This document shows positions 50,913-64,000 of a stretch of 64,000 nt of DNA, in pieces. Origin of the DNA: Sphaerodactylus townsendi (lineage: Eukaryota); assembly GCF_021028975.2 (NCBI RefSeq), contig NC_059434.1:60698001-60762000 (forward strand). Reading direction: 5' to 3'. Position 1 is the first letter of the stretch. Each line of letters begins with the position of its first letter. A model generated the notes under the pieces. It searched no databases, was not told the origin of the DNA, and saw only the letters and a list, made by a program, of their open reading frames with translations. The translations under genes and the position numbers were made by a program.

Positions 50913-53019
50913 TGGCAGCAGAAGAGGAGGCGAAAGCAAAACAGCGAAGCAAAAAAAATGACCTGGCTAAAGCCTTCCAGAAAGTTGGCATTTGAAAGAA
51001 ATGTGGTAGAAAATTAAGAGAATGTAGAAATGAGAATGTGAGTTGTGTACAGTATTGTATCTAAGTAGATGTAAGAAAGATTACTGTTTCTTCATGAGGC
51101 ATGTGAAGAAGCCAGAAAGATATTAATACTTTTTAAGGTTGGTATCTAGGGTTGCCAACCTCCTGATTGGGCCTGCAGATCTCCCAGAATTACATACGAT
51201 CTCTAGATAACAAAGATCACTTCTCCTTGAGAAAAGGGTCGCTTTGGAGGGTAGACAGAATGGCCTGTGGTCCCTCCCCTCTCCAGACTCTGAGGCAGAT
51301 TCTGCATGGGCCAAAAACAGTGGTGTGAAAACAATGTAAAAGGGCTGTTTTTTGGACCATGCGGAATCCGCCTGAATTTCTTCCTCCAAATATTCTGGAA
51401 TTTCTCAACACAGAGCTGGAGAGGAGGATCACGTTTCAATTAATAAATTTGAAATTTATTGGGCACCTAAGAAAAACGTTACATATTAAAAACACAATTT
51501 CTTCAGTAGTGCTCAAAGTGAAATTGAAAACAACCTATGACAGATTTTAAACTGGCTGACAAACGTATGAATCTGGAGAGCTATTGCATTATTTATAAAA
51601 GTTGCTGAAAGTCAATGAAACTGAGAGCCCTGTTACTGAAAAAGGCTGATTTAACCTGGAATGTACAGTAGATATATGCAAAGTATAGGAGATAACTGTG
51701 AAATTGCTAGGGCAAGAGAAAAATGTGGATGCCCTACAGTCCAAACATACTTTTCAAAGCTTAAAGACAGACAGCTTTGGAGGAAAGGAAGCTCTTGCCT
51801 CAAATAGAAACTAGTGCCTTACAAACTGCAGAAGTGGCAAAGGCATCCTCTGTGTTGGTTACACCATAGCATAAATTCTTGCCCAGCCTTTGGAAAAGAG
51901 TCCAGAAAAAAAGCAAACTAAATTGTTTGTGAAAAAACAGAGAACCTCAAGACAAAGAAACAGGTGGGAATCAACAGGATCCTTTTAGTAGTCCTTCAAA
52001 TTATTCAGTCCTTCAAATTCTTCAGATGAATGCAGAATGTTGATGATATCAATTATTCTATAGGTGGAATCCTGGTGTGAAGACCACAGTAAAAGATAGA
52101 ACGGGTCCTAGACATATGTAATCTCAAACTCAATAAATGGAAACTTGCCATGTTAGAATTAAAATATATAGGAATGTCTTAAGCAGAAATGGATCTAAAT
52201 GTGATAAATGTAAATAGAAGCTGTGGCTGAAATGTTTTGTCCTGATCTATGAAGATTTCTAGAAACAGCCAATTATCTAGCAAAGTTTACTCCACATGTC
52301 AACATGAAGAGGATATGCCAGAAGAGATCCATGCTGCAGGGAAACAAGGGATGGTTCTGCTGAGGTGCTGCCCCACTGACTCCAGAGAACTTTCTGATGG
52401 CATGGGAAGAAAGAAAAGGCCAACCCCCACCATAGGGCTTAATGGACTTAAGCCACCCAAATGACTAATGTTGGCTACACTGACTAATGTTGGCTCTACC
52501 CTCAGGAGCACCCCAACCCACACCCCTACACCAGTGTTTGGTTGGGGCCCAGTGCAGCTTCGTGGCAGCTGGCCACCAGCTCCTTTGCTCCCTCTGCTGG
52601 TGCAGGTGCCCCTTGCAGCAGCAGGGGAGGGTAAACACATTGGTACAGCCCCGCACCATCTCCTCAGATGAATTCCCCCCATCTGGATTGGGCCCCAGAT
52701 GGGAACCTGGAGTATTGAATGAAAACCAAGATCATATTTGATTCAGATGGCAGATGCAGCTGTTTCCAAGAAAAGAAAAAATCTGTAAATTATTAAAATC
52801 TTGAGCCAATTGTGTATGAAACACCTGAGAATGCAGATAGACCTATATCGGATACAGACAGGCTACATTCTCCAGATAGTATAAAAGAAATGAAGTAGGA
52901 AGTGACAGTAATTCTACACAGAATGTTTTGGACACTGAGATGCCTGTAGTGACTTAAAGAGGCCAAAGAATTAGAATACATACTAAATTCAGCAAATAAT
53001 ATTTTCTAAGCAGGGGAGA
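50913..53019 (+). mobile_element. Highly decayed, internally deleted Gypsy (Mag-like) internal region with nested insertions
   Basis: ACA|TGGCAGCAG PBS-like at 50913; Gag-like remnants MTWLKPSRKLAFERNVVEN, FEIYWAPKKN, KLRALLLKKADLT; PPT-like AAGCAGGGGAGA at 53008-53019. Confidence 0.5.
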
Positions 53020-54828
53020 TACGCCTTTCTGTTCCTGTGATCCAAAATATGGGGTATTACAAAGCACTGAGAGAAATCAAATAGTAGTAATCAAACTTGA
53101 TAGAATTAGCATGGAGTTTCAAGCTCACCTTGTATCCTCAACCATAATCCTTGGAATCTCTTCCGCAGGAGTCTTTCTCCATATTTAAAATACATTACTG
53201 TTCCTAGCAACCACCATCTATTTGTGCACATAGACCAAATGCTTTATCTATAGGCTAACTGATGGGACGATTTGCTTATATTCTGTTCTCTGGAAACCTA
53301 TATCATTGTGTCTCTGGCATGATTGAGACCATTGATCATATTCTGTTTTTTTTTTTAAATGAATGGTCCATTTTGGATTTTGCCCATTTTGAGCAAGAAC
53401 CAACTTGCCATCGAACCTCACAGTTTCCTTTTGGTTGGCTGATGTTAGTCCTGTAGTTACATGATCTGTGACCAAATTCATGTCCATTATAGTATCTTTA
53501 AGACACTCTCCTACTATGTATTAATGTGGCATTCTTTCCTTTTATCAGTTTTTCTGTAATTTTTCTGGATATGTGAATTGTGATTTGATTGGACAACTCA
53601 AGACCTTTGTTGAAGCAGCTTATTGCTGAAAGGAAAGGAAAGGAAGATATAGTGATAATAGGAACCAATGTGTTTTATGAGTGGGTACACAGAGGGCAAA
53701 ATTTCTAGTGAGTACCAATAGAAAGTTGAGAAAAGGGCTACATCTATGTTGAGATGTTATAGCTGTACAGAATTAAATTTTATACACACTTCAGCTTTCT
53801 ATGACATTGATTTACAAGGCTTGTAACAACAGAAAATACAACTTACATGTTCATTTAATTTGTTCAAGTGCAGGAAGGATAATCTTATTCTAGCTAGAAT
53901 GAACTAACCTGTGTGACCCATGGATTTTAAAAAATAGTTGTAGAGAAGGGCACAGAAAGTTAACTTCCAGCCCTTTCATAATGGAACTCTGTGCAAGTAT
54001 TGGGGAGCATTAACTTGCCTCAAGGTAAACACATGTGGTTGATAGAAACCATACTTAAAGAGAAATTAGTATTATCATGATTTTGAAGATACACCCTTAA
54101 CTTTCCATTACTTTTGAACCTAATTCATCTTTCGTTTATCCCAAGGGCATTATGCAAAGAGCTTTTTAAATTTATGGGGAAGACATTTAAAGAGAAAAGA
54201 GATGCATGAAGGGGGGGAATTGAATCCACACATAGTTGTAAAAAATGTGGAAGACAAATTGTGATCAAGATTATGTGAAATATTTTTTGTCAGGTATAAG
54301 ATCAGGTCATGTAATGCAACAGCAAATTGATAACCTAAATTATTCCCTGGTTCAAGTAAACAACTCAAAGCTAAAAGCAAGTGCCCTGATCAAGTTACAT
54401 ATGCACAAAAATGAATACACATTCAAAGATGCATTTGTATATGCATTCAATCTTTGCAGTTCTTTGAATGAGATGCACATTCTAATATTAATTCAAATGT
54501 GCATCTCCGTTCAGCTTCCTGTGCAACTAGTTGTCTATTAGCCAGACTGGATTTGGCCAAAGGTTATTAGTTGTCATTCTATCCTGTGGTAAGAAGCTTG
54601 TAAAATTATGGACCTTATATGAAAAGTAAAAACAGAGAAATTATTCTATTCATACAGTACCAGGAATCAAACTCATCCAGAGCAATTGCTTTAAAATAAA
54701 GTCCAGAGAAACAAAACAAATAACATATTTATGCAATAGGCAGAGAAATGCTCCCCTCACCTAGAATTCACTTCAATTTTTAAAATTGGCACTACACTCT
54801 AAACATGCTCCAGAGGCTATGATGCTAA

Positions 54829-55147
54829 TGTAACCCCCATGCTCAGAATGGGTTGAGTTCTAATGGGTGAGAGTTCTCCTGGAAACCTTCATCATGTTGA
54901 ATCCTGTTCACCAAGCCCTTGGAGTCTTCAGGAGCCAACCCACTTGCAGGAAGAATTGGACTTGGCAATATCAGAAGACTGTAACTAGAAGGACTTGAAA
55001 TGAAACCTGAACAGGACCTTGAAGTGTGATGTTAAATGTTGATGTTTGATGTTATATGTTAAGAAAGTAAACCATTTTGTTTTTAAAATTTGTTGTTGCA
55101 AACTCATTCCAAGTTCTGCCCCACAGAACCCACAGATAGAGGTTACA
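54829..55147 (+). mobile_element. Solo LTR (319 bp)
   Basis: TGTAACC...GGTTACA termini with 4-bp TSD CTAA on both sides; AGTAAA signal. Confidence 0.85.
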
Positions 55148-56428
55148 CTAACAAAAGACTAACAAAAGAAAAACTATAGGAGATGTGCCATGTAACTCTC
55201 CCAAGCACTAATCGCCACAACTATTAGTTATGTTAATAGTTCTGGCCTGGGTAAGAAAAAAGGACTTACCATTTCCCATCTTGCTGGTATGTCACACCTA
55301 AAGGGGACTGAGAGTGGTGAGACAGCCAAAAGGTCAGACAATATTTTATTCTTCTTGAGGCAGGAAGATCAGGATTGATCCTGTAGGATGAAGATACTCC
55401 AAGGGGAGATTATAAATTACTGGGACACGATGAAGAAGCTGTCTCTTATCTTTGGGCTTATGGCTAGGGAGGTGTAGGACATGAAGAACTAAACCTCTAC
55501 CTTGGGACTCCATCTTGTCTATGTGGCAAAGGACAAAGAGGAGAAATCCCGACTCTGAAAATTAAGGTAATGAAGGACTTTTCACTAATATAATGAAGGA
55601 CTTTTCAATGCTGCAACTGTAAAATTTACTATCCTATCCTAATAAATATTGTTTATGATTAGTTTAGGGTTTAGAACAACCTATCTGAGCCTGCGGGCAC
55701 ATTTGGAATTCTGACATGTCATGGTGGGTGCAGCCACAAAATGGCTGCAAAAAAATTGCTGCTGCAGGAGGTGAAACCAGCCACAAAATTATTGCAACAG
55801 CTTAACTACAACAATACAGCATAGTTTCTGGTGCTGTGGTGGCAGCTGCTGCCAAAGCAACATTTTAAAAAATCTGCACAGCCAATCACATCTCCAATAG
55901 GCAATCAGGAGTACTGTTGGGCAAAAGCTCTACTTGACCCCATCTACCTCCTGAATACACTTGGTAAACACTAGGAAAAGTCTTGGCGGGCACCATGGAG
56001 ACCACATTGGTGACCCCTGGTTTATTGAACCACTTATTCTCACCTTTCCTTTGTATCCCTCAGCCTGATGCTTGATAAAACCATGTGTTTTACCTTTTTA
56101 TTTTGGTTCATTAAAACTTACATTTTGAATACACAAAGCCTGATTTCTGTAAATGCACCCTGCCTTGCTAGAGACCAGTAATGGGGAACGGCAAGGATTG
56201 AGCTTGAAATTTAAAAGGGGCAACAGATTGGCCCCATGCTAGTTACTATATCCTTCCACAGAACTGTGTGAGAGGGTAGCTAGTTTCCTACAGGGTGCTA
56301 CAAACATTCGTGTTGTCAGGAATAAGTGTTGTTTTAGGTATCGTAAAACATATAGTATATGTACTTAAATTTGTTTTCTATTTCATTTTCTATTGGTTTT
56401 TAATGTTAATCAACTGTGTCTCCTTTTA

Positions 56429-56799
56429 AGCAGTGGCATAGTGGCTAAGAGCAGCGGCTAAGAGCAGTGGCTAAGAGCAGGTGCATTCTGATCTGGAGGA
56501 ACCGGGTTTGATTCCCAGCTCTGCCGCTTGAGTTGTGGAGGCTTATCTGGGGAATTCAGATTAGCCTGTACACTCCCACACACGCCAGCTGGGTGACCTT
56601 GGACTAGTAGTCACAGCTTTTTGGAGCTCTCTCAGCCCCACCCACCTCACAGGGTGTTTGTTTTGAGGGGGGAAGGGCAAGGAGATTGTAAGCCCCTTTG
56701 AGTCTCCTACAGGAGAGAAAGGGGGGATATAAATCCAAACTCCTCCTCCTCCTCCTCCTCCTCCTCCTCCTCCTCTTCTTCTTCTTCTTCTTCTTCTTC
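56429..56799 (+). mobile_element. Squam3-like SINE with (CCT)n(CTT)n tail
   Basis: Triplicated GYGGCTAAGAGCA head, B box, CORE, long microsatellite tail. Confidence 0.9.
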
Positions 56800-56838
56800 A
56801 TTATTATAATGGCTTATATTTTTGATGTCAATAAAGAC

Positions 56839-56839
<1 letters not shown>

Positions 56840-56869
<30 letters not shown>

Positions 56870-56915
56870 TGTATGTATGTATGTATGTATGTATGTATGT
56901 ATGTATGTATGTATG
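56840..56915. repeat. (TATG)n microsatellite
   Basis: Seen directly. Confidence 0.98.
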
Positions 56916-59736
56916 TGCAACACACAGGAACAATTAGTTAGTATGAGAGAAGCAGAAGATGCAGCAACTAGGTGACGCCTCCAAATGGCAGCACAGATAT
57001 AGAATGCCAGATGAGCAAATCAGTCTAGCAGAAAATACTTTCACATTTGCTGGTGGCAGGGATTACTCCCCAGTGAAAATTTTGGAACCCCCTGGAAGTA
57101 AGGGAAAGGGAAAATGTTGCCAAGCAGAGACTTGGGACAGCTGTGGGTTTTTTCCAAACTCCTGAAACCAGGAGAAAACAAGACATGTGAGTCTGTTTCT
57201 TCAAACAAGATATAATTAACTTATGGAATGAACTGCCACAAGATATTAGTGATGATGACTAATTTTTTATGGATAACTTAATTGGACTGGGTTTTTCCAA
57301 TTACGAACAAACACTCTCTGCAATGAGTTTCTTTCAGAAATCCATATTTTAATATTCATTCCTGCACTTTTCACCTGTTTTAGTACTATATTAGGACTTA
57401 ACCAGTCTATGTGTAAGCTACTTACTTTTCTAAAGAGGGAGTGTGATGGCCTGCATTCTGTGTCATCAATATCTTTTTGTTTGCGACATACGTTACAATA
57501 CATAAAAGTCACAGGAAAGAACTGAAACACTTCTTATGCACGGAATTAGGAATATGACCCAGATGCAATATGACCCAGTCTGAAATTTGGGTTCACAGCC
57601 TGAATTTGGTATCCAAAATGTGCCCAGCTTTCTATTGTTCAAGGCATTTGCAACAGTTTTTCTCCTATGAATAGCCAAGTCTTTTTGTCCATTCAGCTCC
57701 TACTGATATAAGATTATACAGAATTTTTCAGCAGGCATGATAAGCAAGAGGAATTTTGTGCTACCTGAAAGTCTGTACACTTATATATGAAGCAATTAGT
57801 TCATAAATATTTTATGTATTTATTTTAGACAGTCAGATTTCACCTTCTATGCATTGTCTCTAACTGAATGAAAAATCAATCCATAGAATGTTCCCTAGAG
57901 CTAGGGTTTAAGAAGTTTGTTCTTCTGAAATTATCAGATACTTTTCTTGACATGAAGATCAATTAGATCAAGATGCAGGCAAAATCATTCCTGGGGGCAG
58001 CTGAAAATCTTTAGAAACAATTGTTACTAAGATTGGCTGTTTTGAGAGCCACTGTCATGTATTGGTTGAAGTGGAAGGACCTAATTCAAATCCTTATTCA
58101 GCCATGAAGCTAATCAATTACTCTTTCACATTCAAACTTCCCTCTCAGGATTATTATGAATGTACCATGGAAGAGGAGAAAACCTGAACTCCAACAGGAA
58201 ATATAAGAGTGGTGGTAGTGGTTGTATCTCGGGAAATATAGTACTATAAGGGATGACTTTGAAGTTTCCATTCAGAGGGTCACCATATTGATTTCCTTTT
58301 TAATATGTTTACTCACAATTAGAGCGGCGCCAGTTTGTCCCACCTTCCTTGAGACTGTGCCAGCATTTTCACTGTAAACCATCATTTCTTAGTTTTATAT
58401 CTTCCCATAAAACGCTGCTTCAAGCAGATCCATAGCTGTGGCCTACTTGGTCCAAATGCGTAAGATGAAAGATGAGCAGTAATTATGTAGAAAATTCTAA
58501 GACGGCAAACAAATTTGTAATGAGAATGTTTCTGCCTGGACTGCAACAGTGAGTTTGGGGAAAGGTCGTAGAATCCCAACAGTTTCTCCTGTCACTGGCT
58601 CCTTTACTGGGAATTACACCTATTGAATTTTCCCTCTGGCACTGTTAGTAAAGACACTGGAGTTGTTATCAGGAAGGGGATGGCAACCCAACCACAAAAT
58701 CTCCTGCTCATAGACAAAAGGTTTCAACATCAGGAGAACAGTTCCAGTACTGAAGCTCCAGTAGTATCATTTAGTTCCTGATATGGGAAGTCATTGAGGA
58801 CTGACATGAGTCAGGAAAGGAATAGTTCAATGTGGTACATCCAAACAGCCTGAAGTGACTCATCTGGGAAACTACTGGAGTAACCTTCCTTCCATACTGT
58901 TGTTTGGCAGGAGCAAAAATGCAGAATTATGCTGGCAAGAAACTCCATTCTGGATACAAGTCGCAATCTTTCACTTGTGGCAAACCAACCTTTTTATTTG
59001 GGGGTGGGGGTGGAGGGAAGAGGTGATTTCACGTTGGCCCCTGTGTTCCCAGTTCATCTTTCTCTCCATATATATAATTGCCATACACTCTGATCTATTG
59101 ATAAATAAGATTTAACAAGGCAAACACAAACATTAGTTCAAAAGGGTTTCATTCCAACTCCTTAATTAAAGGGCACGAATCCATTAAAAACGTACATGCC
59201 TGCTACCCCAGGGCCAGAAGAGCAGGCTATCCATCCTGCTACATGTTTGGCTGGTTGTCATCCATCTTTCCTTTTGCTTATCTTCTCAGAAATAGAGTGT
59301 GCATCATTGCGTGTCTTCCATACAAGGCTGGCAGATGCATGAACTGTTGCTAGGAAAAAAGAACAACCCCATTGGTGAGACCTACAGAGGCAAGTCTTCA
59401 AGCATGTCTTAATACCAATCCACTTTAGCCCTGTTCAGATGTTTAGCTTTTGGCACAGCTACCTTGAGTACTGGGAGAGCACATTACGCGTGTTCCTCAT
59501 TATGTGCAGTCTCCATTTTGTGAAAATAGGACAACACACAAATGTCAAGCTTCAGTGTGTACAAATGTATACTTGCAACAAATATGCCGTTAACTTTCCA
59601 TTACAAATCTGGGTTTCCAAAGTTGCAAAATCCCACTTTCCTCCAAAAAGCTCAGGGCAGATGGATCTTTCCTCCTCCATTTTATCCTCCCAACATTACT
59701 TTAAGGTAGGTTATAGAGAGAATGGAGGGAAGACGA

Positions 59737-59919
59737 CATGGCATATCCTGATCTCATCAGATCTCAAAAGTTAAGCAGGGTTGATACTTGGAAGGGAGAC
59801 CACCAAGAAAAACTCTGCAGAGGAAGGGAATGGCAAAGCACTTCTGCTCCTCACTTGCCTCGAAAGCCCCTGCTGGGGTCGCCATATGTCGGCTGCAACT
59901 TGGTGGCACTTACACACAC
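59737..59919 (+). mobile_element. 5S rRNA-derived SINE with a Sauria/Bov-B-like tail
   Basis: CCTGATCTCATCAGATCTCAAAAGTTAAGCAGGG...TACTTGGAAGGGAGACC resembles the 5S internal control region; similar heads at ~6950, 7340, 30770 and 37660. Confidence 0.7.
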
Positions 59920-61739
59920 CAGTTGGCCAGGGTCACCCAGTTAGTATCATGGTAAATGGGATTTGAACCCAGGTCTTCCTGATCCCTAGCCCAGCCTTCT
60001 AACCACTACATAGTGCTGGTTCTCTTAAATCTCAAAACCACACTTCTTTCACTTCCAAAGAGCTGATCATTAAAGGGAGAAGGAAAGAGATGAGATTCGT
60101 GTAGCTGTAATTTGTAAAAATGAAGGAACAGTATAAACAGTGTGCTTTCTCTTGTCAGACAACAAATCCTTCTGCTGTGTGTGTGGTTATGAGCCAGTTG
60201 GCATGGTTCCAGCCAAGGGAAGAATAAGTCAGGGATGGGCATTTGGGCCTCAAGCGATGGTTTTGACATAATCATTGTGTAGCACATTTTCTGAGACAGT
60301 CCTATTAGCTGAGCTTTCATGCACTGCTTTGCCTTCTGGAAAGATACGTTGGTAGAACCAATGTGAAACTGCCTCTACCTTTGAAAGGTAGGATGTTACT
60401 GTTAATATCAACAAGATATGGGAGGGAAAGAGACAGGAACCACCTACTCTTGGGAATAAAATATGGAACTCAATCTGACGGGCATGGCACTCTTTTTCCA
60501 GGATCAACCACACACATCAGGCAATTTATGTGAGTGTCTTTGGAATGGTCCTGCCCATAGCATTCCACACCCATCCATCACTGACAAAAATAATTATGGC
60601 AAAACTATTTTATTTATCACATTTTCATCTCACCCTCTGTCTGAGGAGCTCAGGCCAGCATGCTTCCCCCATAAAAGCCAGTCAACCGTAGTCCAATCTG
60701 GGCATCTGCCCTCAAACTTCTGCGGGGCATCTGACCACCCAAGTGCTGTTCACTGCTGCAACCTTTCTTGAGTTCTGGCAGCCAGCAGCTGCTTCAGATC
60801 AGCACTGGCCCCATCGCCTAAGAAGTGATACATTCTCTCCAAACGTGGCTCTGTCCTCCTAGTGCGGAAGGTTCGTGCCCAGAAACCGTGTTGTCTCTTT
60901 GAGGAAACTAAGGTAAGGGAGCACAGGAGGGGGAGGTGTTTGTGCCATCTACAGGAGCTGCAAGTGGATGTGCTGCCGCAGATCCAGAAAGTGCTGCACA
61001 CTTGGCTGAACCATCTCAAGGTGGAGGAAGCAGACAGGCATTGTCCATAACCACAGCAGATGCTCACTTCTACCTACTTGCCATGGCAGTGACTGAGCGT
61101 CACCCATCCTGTCTTAGGACTCAGGCTTCCTGTTCATCATGGTGGTTGAGTCATGCCCACTCCATTTGGGTTTCAGGCCAGCTGCTTGCCACCCCAGCAG
61201 ATGGGTCACTCCCACATCATCTGGGGCTCAGGCCACTCACATATTATGGTGGCTGGTTCATGTCCAGGGCTCAGACCACCAGCTTTCCATGTCAGCACTT
61301 AAGTTATCCCCCAAGAACGGCCCCAGAGGGGAGGCCAGAATTACCTGGGCTTCCCCAATCCAGTTTATACTCATAGCAGCCCTGTGATATAGGTGAGTTT
61401 GAAAGGTTAGTTCAGGGTTGCTCAGAACCTGGGTCTTTCTACTCTTAGCTCAACATTCAGACCTTTACACAATGGTATTACAAAACCAGCGTCTTGCTCT
61501 CTAGAGGGAGAAAGCTTACCTGCTTTTTTTCAATGTGACTTTACTTTTACAGAAGTGCTGTAATAACTGCTTGTATGTGACCTAAATATCAGGGCCATTC
61601 TTCAAAAGGCATAAGCAATGTACTACCTTCCTTCTAAGGGAGGAAAATAAATATGTAGGATTGAAAAGCAATCCAGGTGTGCAGGAAATTCAATTATGGA
61701 GTAATTAACAATTCCAGTTGTTCCATATCCAATAATCAG

Positions 61740-62450
61740 ATGTTGCTACAGTCTGAAGGATCAGAGGCCACTAAAAAAAAACCTTTTGAGTTCAAATAGG
61801 AATTCCACACAGAGTCTGATCTGACATATGAGGAATAGCTTGAGGAAGAACCCAAAGAACCAAAAGGGTTTGCAGAATCCAGAAGGTGGATGACACTTTC
61901 ATAGCATTTTGAAATACCATTGGATCTGGCAGTCTGATGGAACATGAAGATCTTAGAGAGCAGGGCTTATGCCAATTAGAGGACTGTGGAAGATCCCACT
62001 GAGAAACACTTAGAAACAGAGAGCCAAACTGAGCTCTTATTTCAGTGTCATTCTTTTATGGAGACAGTGGAGCCCAATGGATATTTTGTCTGACCACTGG
62101 AAAATTATATTCTTTGGGAATTATATGGTTCATTCATGAACATGTCCATATTCATGATGAAGTTCTCTTTGCAGACACTGAAGCACTGCAGAAGGCTAGA
62201 GATTTATAAAATAAAACCCAGCTTGTGCTGTTTGAGATTTTCAACTCCTTGTGACAGGCAGATACGTAGTACTGCTAATCCTCTTTTGGTGTCTTCCGTA
62301 GAGGTTTTTTGACAAGGGTGTGTATGCAGGACAGGAAGTGCCTGTCAAGATTCAGCTGCAACTTAATTCCTTCCACCATAAATGAAGGAAACCAAGAAAC
62401 CATCATCTTCATCCTGAAGACCAGATGAGCAGGGCAACTACCCCTGATTA
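61740..62450 (+). mobile_element. Decayed Gypsy Gag remnant
   Basis: Fragments LFQCHSFME, SDHWKIIF and FADTEALQKARD resemble retrotransposon capsid motifs; many stops. Confidence 0.4.
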
Positions 62451-62635
62451 TCAAACACAGGAAAAAAATTTCCCTCTCCTTAGAATCTCAGGCATCTTGC
62501 AGGAAGCAGAGAGGATAGAAATGAAGGATTTATATAAGCTTATATTTATATTTTAGACTGTGACTATTCTGTGCTCCATCTGTTTATGTTATTTTATGTT
62601 GTGCACCGCCTACAGCCCTTCGGGGGAGGGCGGTA

Positions 62636-62822
62636 TAACAATAACAACAACAACAACAACAGCAACAACAACAACAACCGCACAAATACTACGCCGATAC
62701 ATTACAACTTCCTAGGCCTCTGGGTGAGGCTCAAATTGTAATGAAGGCCAACAACCAGCTAAAGATCTGGCAGCTGTGAAATCTACAACAACAACAATAA
62801 CAACAATAACAATAATAATAAA
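62636..62822. repeat. (AAC)n/(AAT)n microsatellites
   Basis: Seen directly. Confidence 0.9.
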
Positions 62823-62826
62823 GATC

Positions 62827-62964
62827 NNNNNNNNNNNNNNNNNNNNNNNNNNNNNNNNNNNNNNNNNNNNNNNNNNNNNNNNNNNNNNNNNNNNNNNNNN
62901 NNNNNNNNNNNNNNNNNNNNNNNNNNNNNNNNNNNNNNNNNNNNNNNNNNNNNNNNNNNNNNNN
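62827..62964. other. Assembly gap
   Basis: Run of N. Confidence 1.
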
Positions 62965-64000
62965 AAATTTGGCTACATGCATGAAGATGTAGGGTCCTGT
63001 TCATAGATGGACAAACATCCTAAGAGCCTCCATTTAGCAACAACATCCCTTCATTGGTTTGTAAAACAAGAGAATGTTAGTTCATTGGAAATGTGGTTAC
63101 CAACCTCATAGTTTGGCCTTGAGTTTTCTTAGAATTACAAGGGATTTACAGACTACAGAAATCAGTTCCCCTGGAAGAAATGGCAGCTTCAGAGGATGGA
63201 TTCTATTGTACATTATGCAGTAGAGTCTGGGAGAAATAGTAGTCCTAGAGTGGCTATAAGGATTAGGAGCTTTAGGGTTTCTATCTCCTATGGTATTAGG
63301 GATTCTATGTATACCATAGTACTAGTAGAAACTGGGTGTTGCCTTCACAAAGGCTGGTTGAGGACTGAAAGAGAGAGAAGGACTGGCATTTGGCTGGCAT
63401 ACTTCTGTTGATATGCAGAGTGGATTCTTTTTAATACATTGAAAATCTGAAGTGGATTTGATAATTTTTTGTTTTAGTTGAATGGAACATAACTGGCCAG
63501 TTATACCAGTGTAAATATTTAGGATCAAGATGACATACACATACATGCAAAAGCCTACAAATAATATAAAATAGAATAACAAGGCAAGGGGAAGTGATAT
63601 GAGGTAGGAAACTTATAAGGAATTTAAGGAAATATGAGGTAAGAAATTTAAAATTTGAATATTGGTAGGAGGAAGTGATCTCTCAGGAAGGGGAGAAGTT
63701 GGAACTGATCTTTGACCTGGACATGTCATGACAGGATGTGACATCACATTCCCACTGAGCTCAAAATGGGAATTGAGTTGTGTGGGTGACTGCTCTGTGA
63801 CAACTGCGAGTGATGCCACTTTGTAAATTGTAAATTGCTTACAGAGCAACCTTGCACAGAGCTGATCCAGAGGCTGTTTTGGCTCTGCAAATATATTCTT
63901 TGGCTCCTCATGTCTGTGGCCAATGTTTTGTGGTTGAACCGCCTATATGGAACCACCCAGATTTCATCATTGTAATCTCCTCTGTCTAAACCAGTCAGCT

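Noticed and set aside
56604-56937. Poly-K/R/E and HTYI-repeat ORFs
   Set aside because: Translations of microsatellites.
59737-59810. 5S rRNA gene
   Set aside because: Partial and degenerate, joined to a retroposon tail and present in several copies: a SINE head.
60690-61390. Cluster of medium ORFs, possibly an LTR-element remnant
   Set aside because: No termini or convincing motif, so it could not be supported.

Overview
Vertebrate genomic DNA, most likely a squamate (gecko-like), judged from its SINE, CR1, Penelope and MITE content. The first ~12 kb holds three CpG islands: a probable minus-strand promoter/5' region at ~120-800, a TATA/GC-box island at ~5.3-6.1 kb, and a plus-strand promoter with a candidate first coding exon at 11571-11658. 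Homeodomain/SOX/POU motif clusters lie between them. I could not name either gene. The rest is repeat-rich intronic/intergenic DNA with two N-gaps. The main feature is a 6.4-kb BEL/Pao LTR retrotransposon (18016-24434, minus strand) with a perfect GGTGG target-site duplication and nearly identical LTRs. Its integrase is missing and is replaced, in frame, by a ~140-bp host-like ankyrin-repeat segment resembling ASB14: an apparent host-gene capture. Other notable items: no tRNA-type PBS in that element, with the leader instead complementary to the LTR; a perfect 190-bp Penelope-derived palindrome carrying hammerhead-ribozyme-like motifs on both strands; and an unidentified decayed reading frame at ~47.9-48.7 kb split by a Tc2-type MITE.
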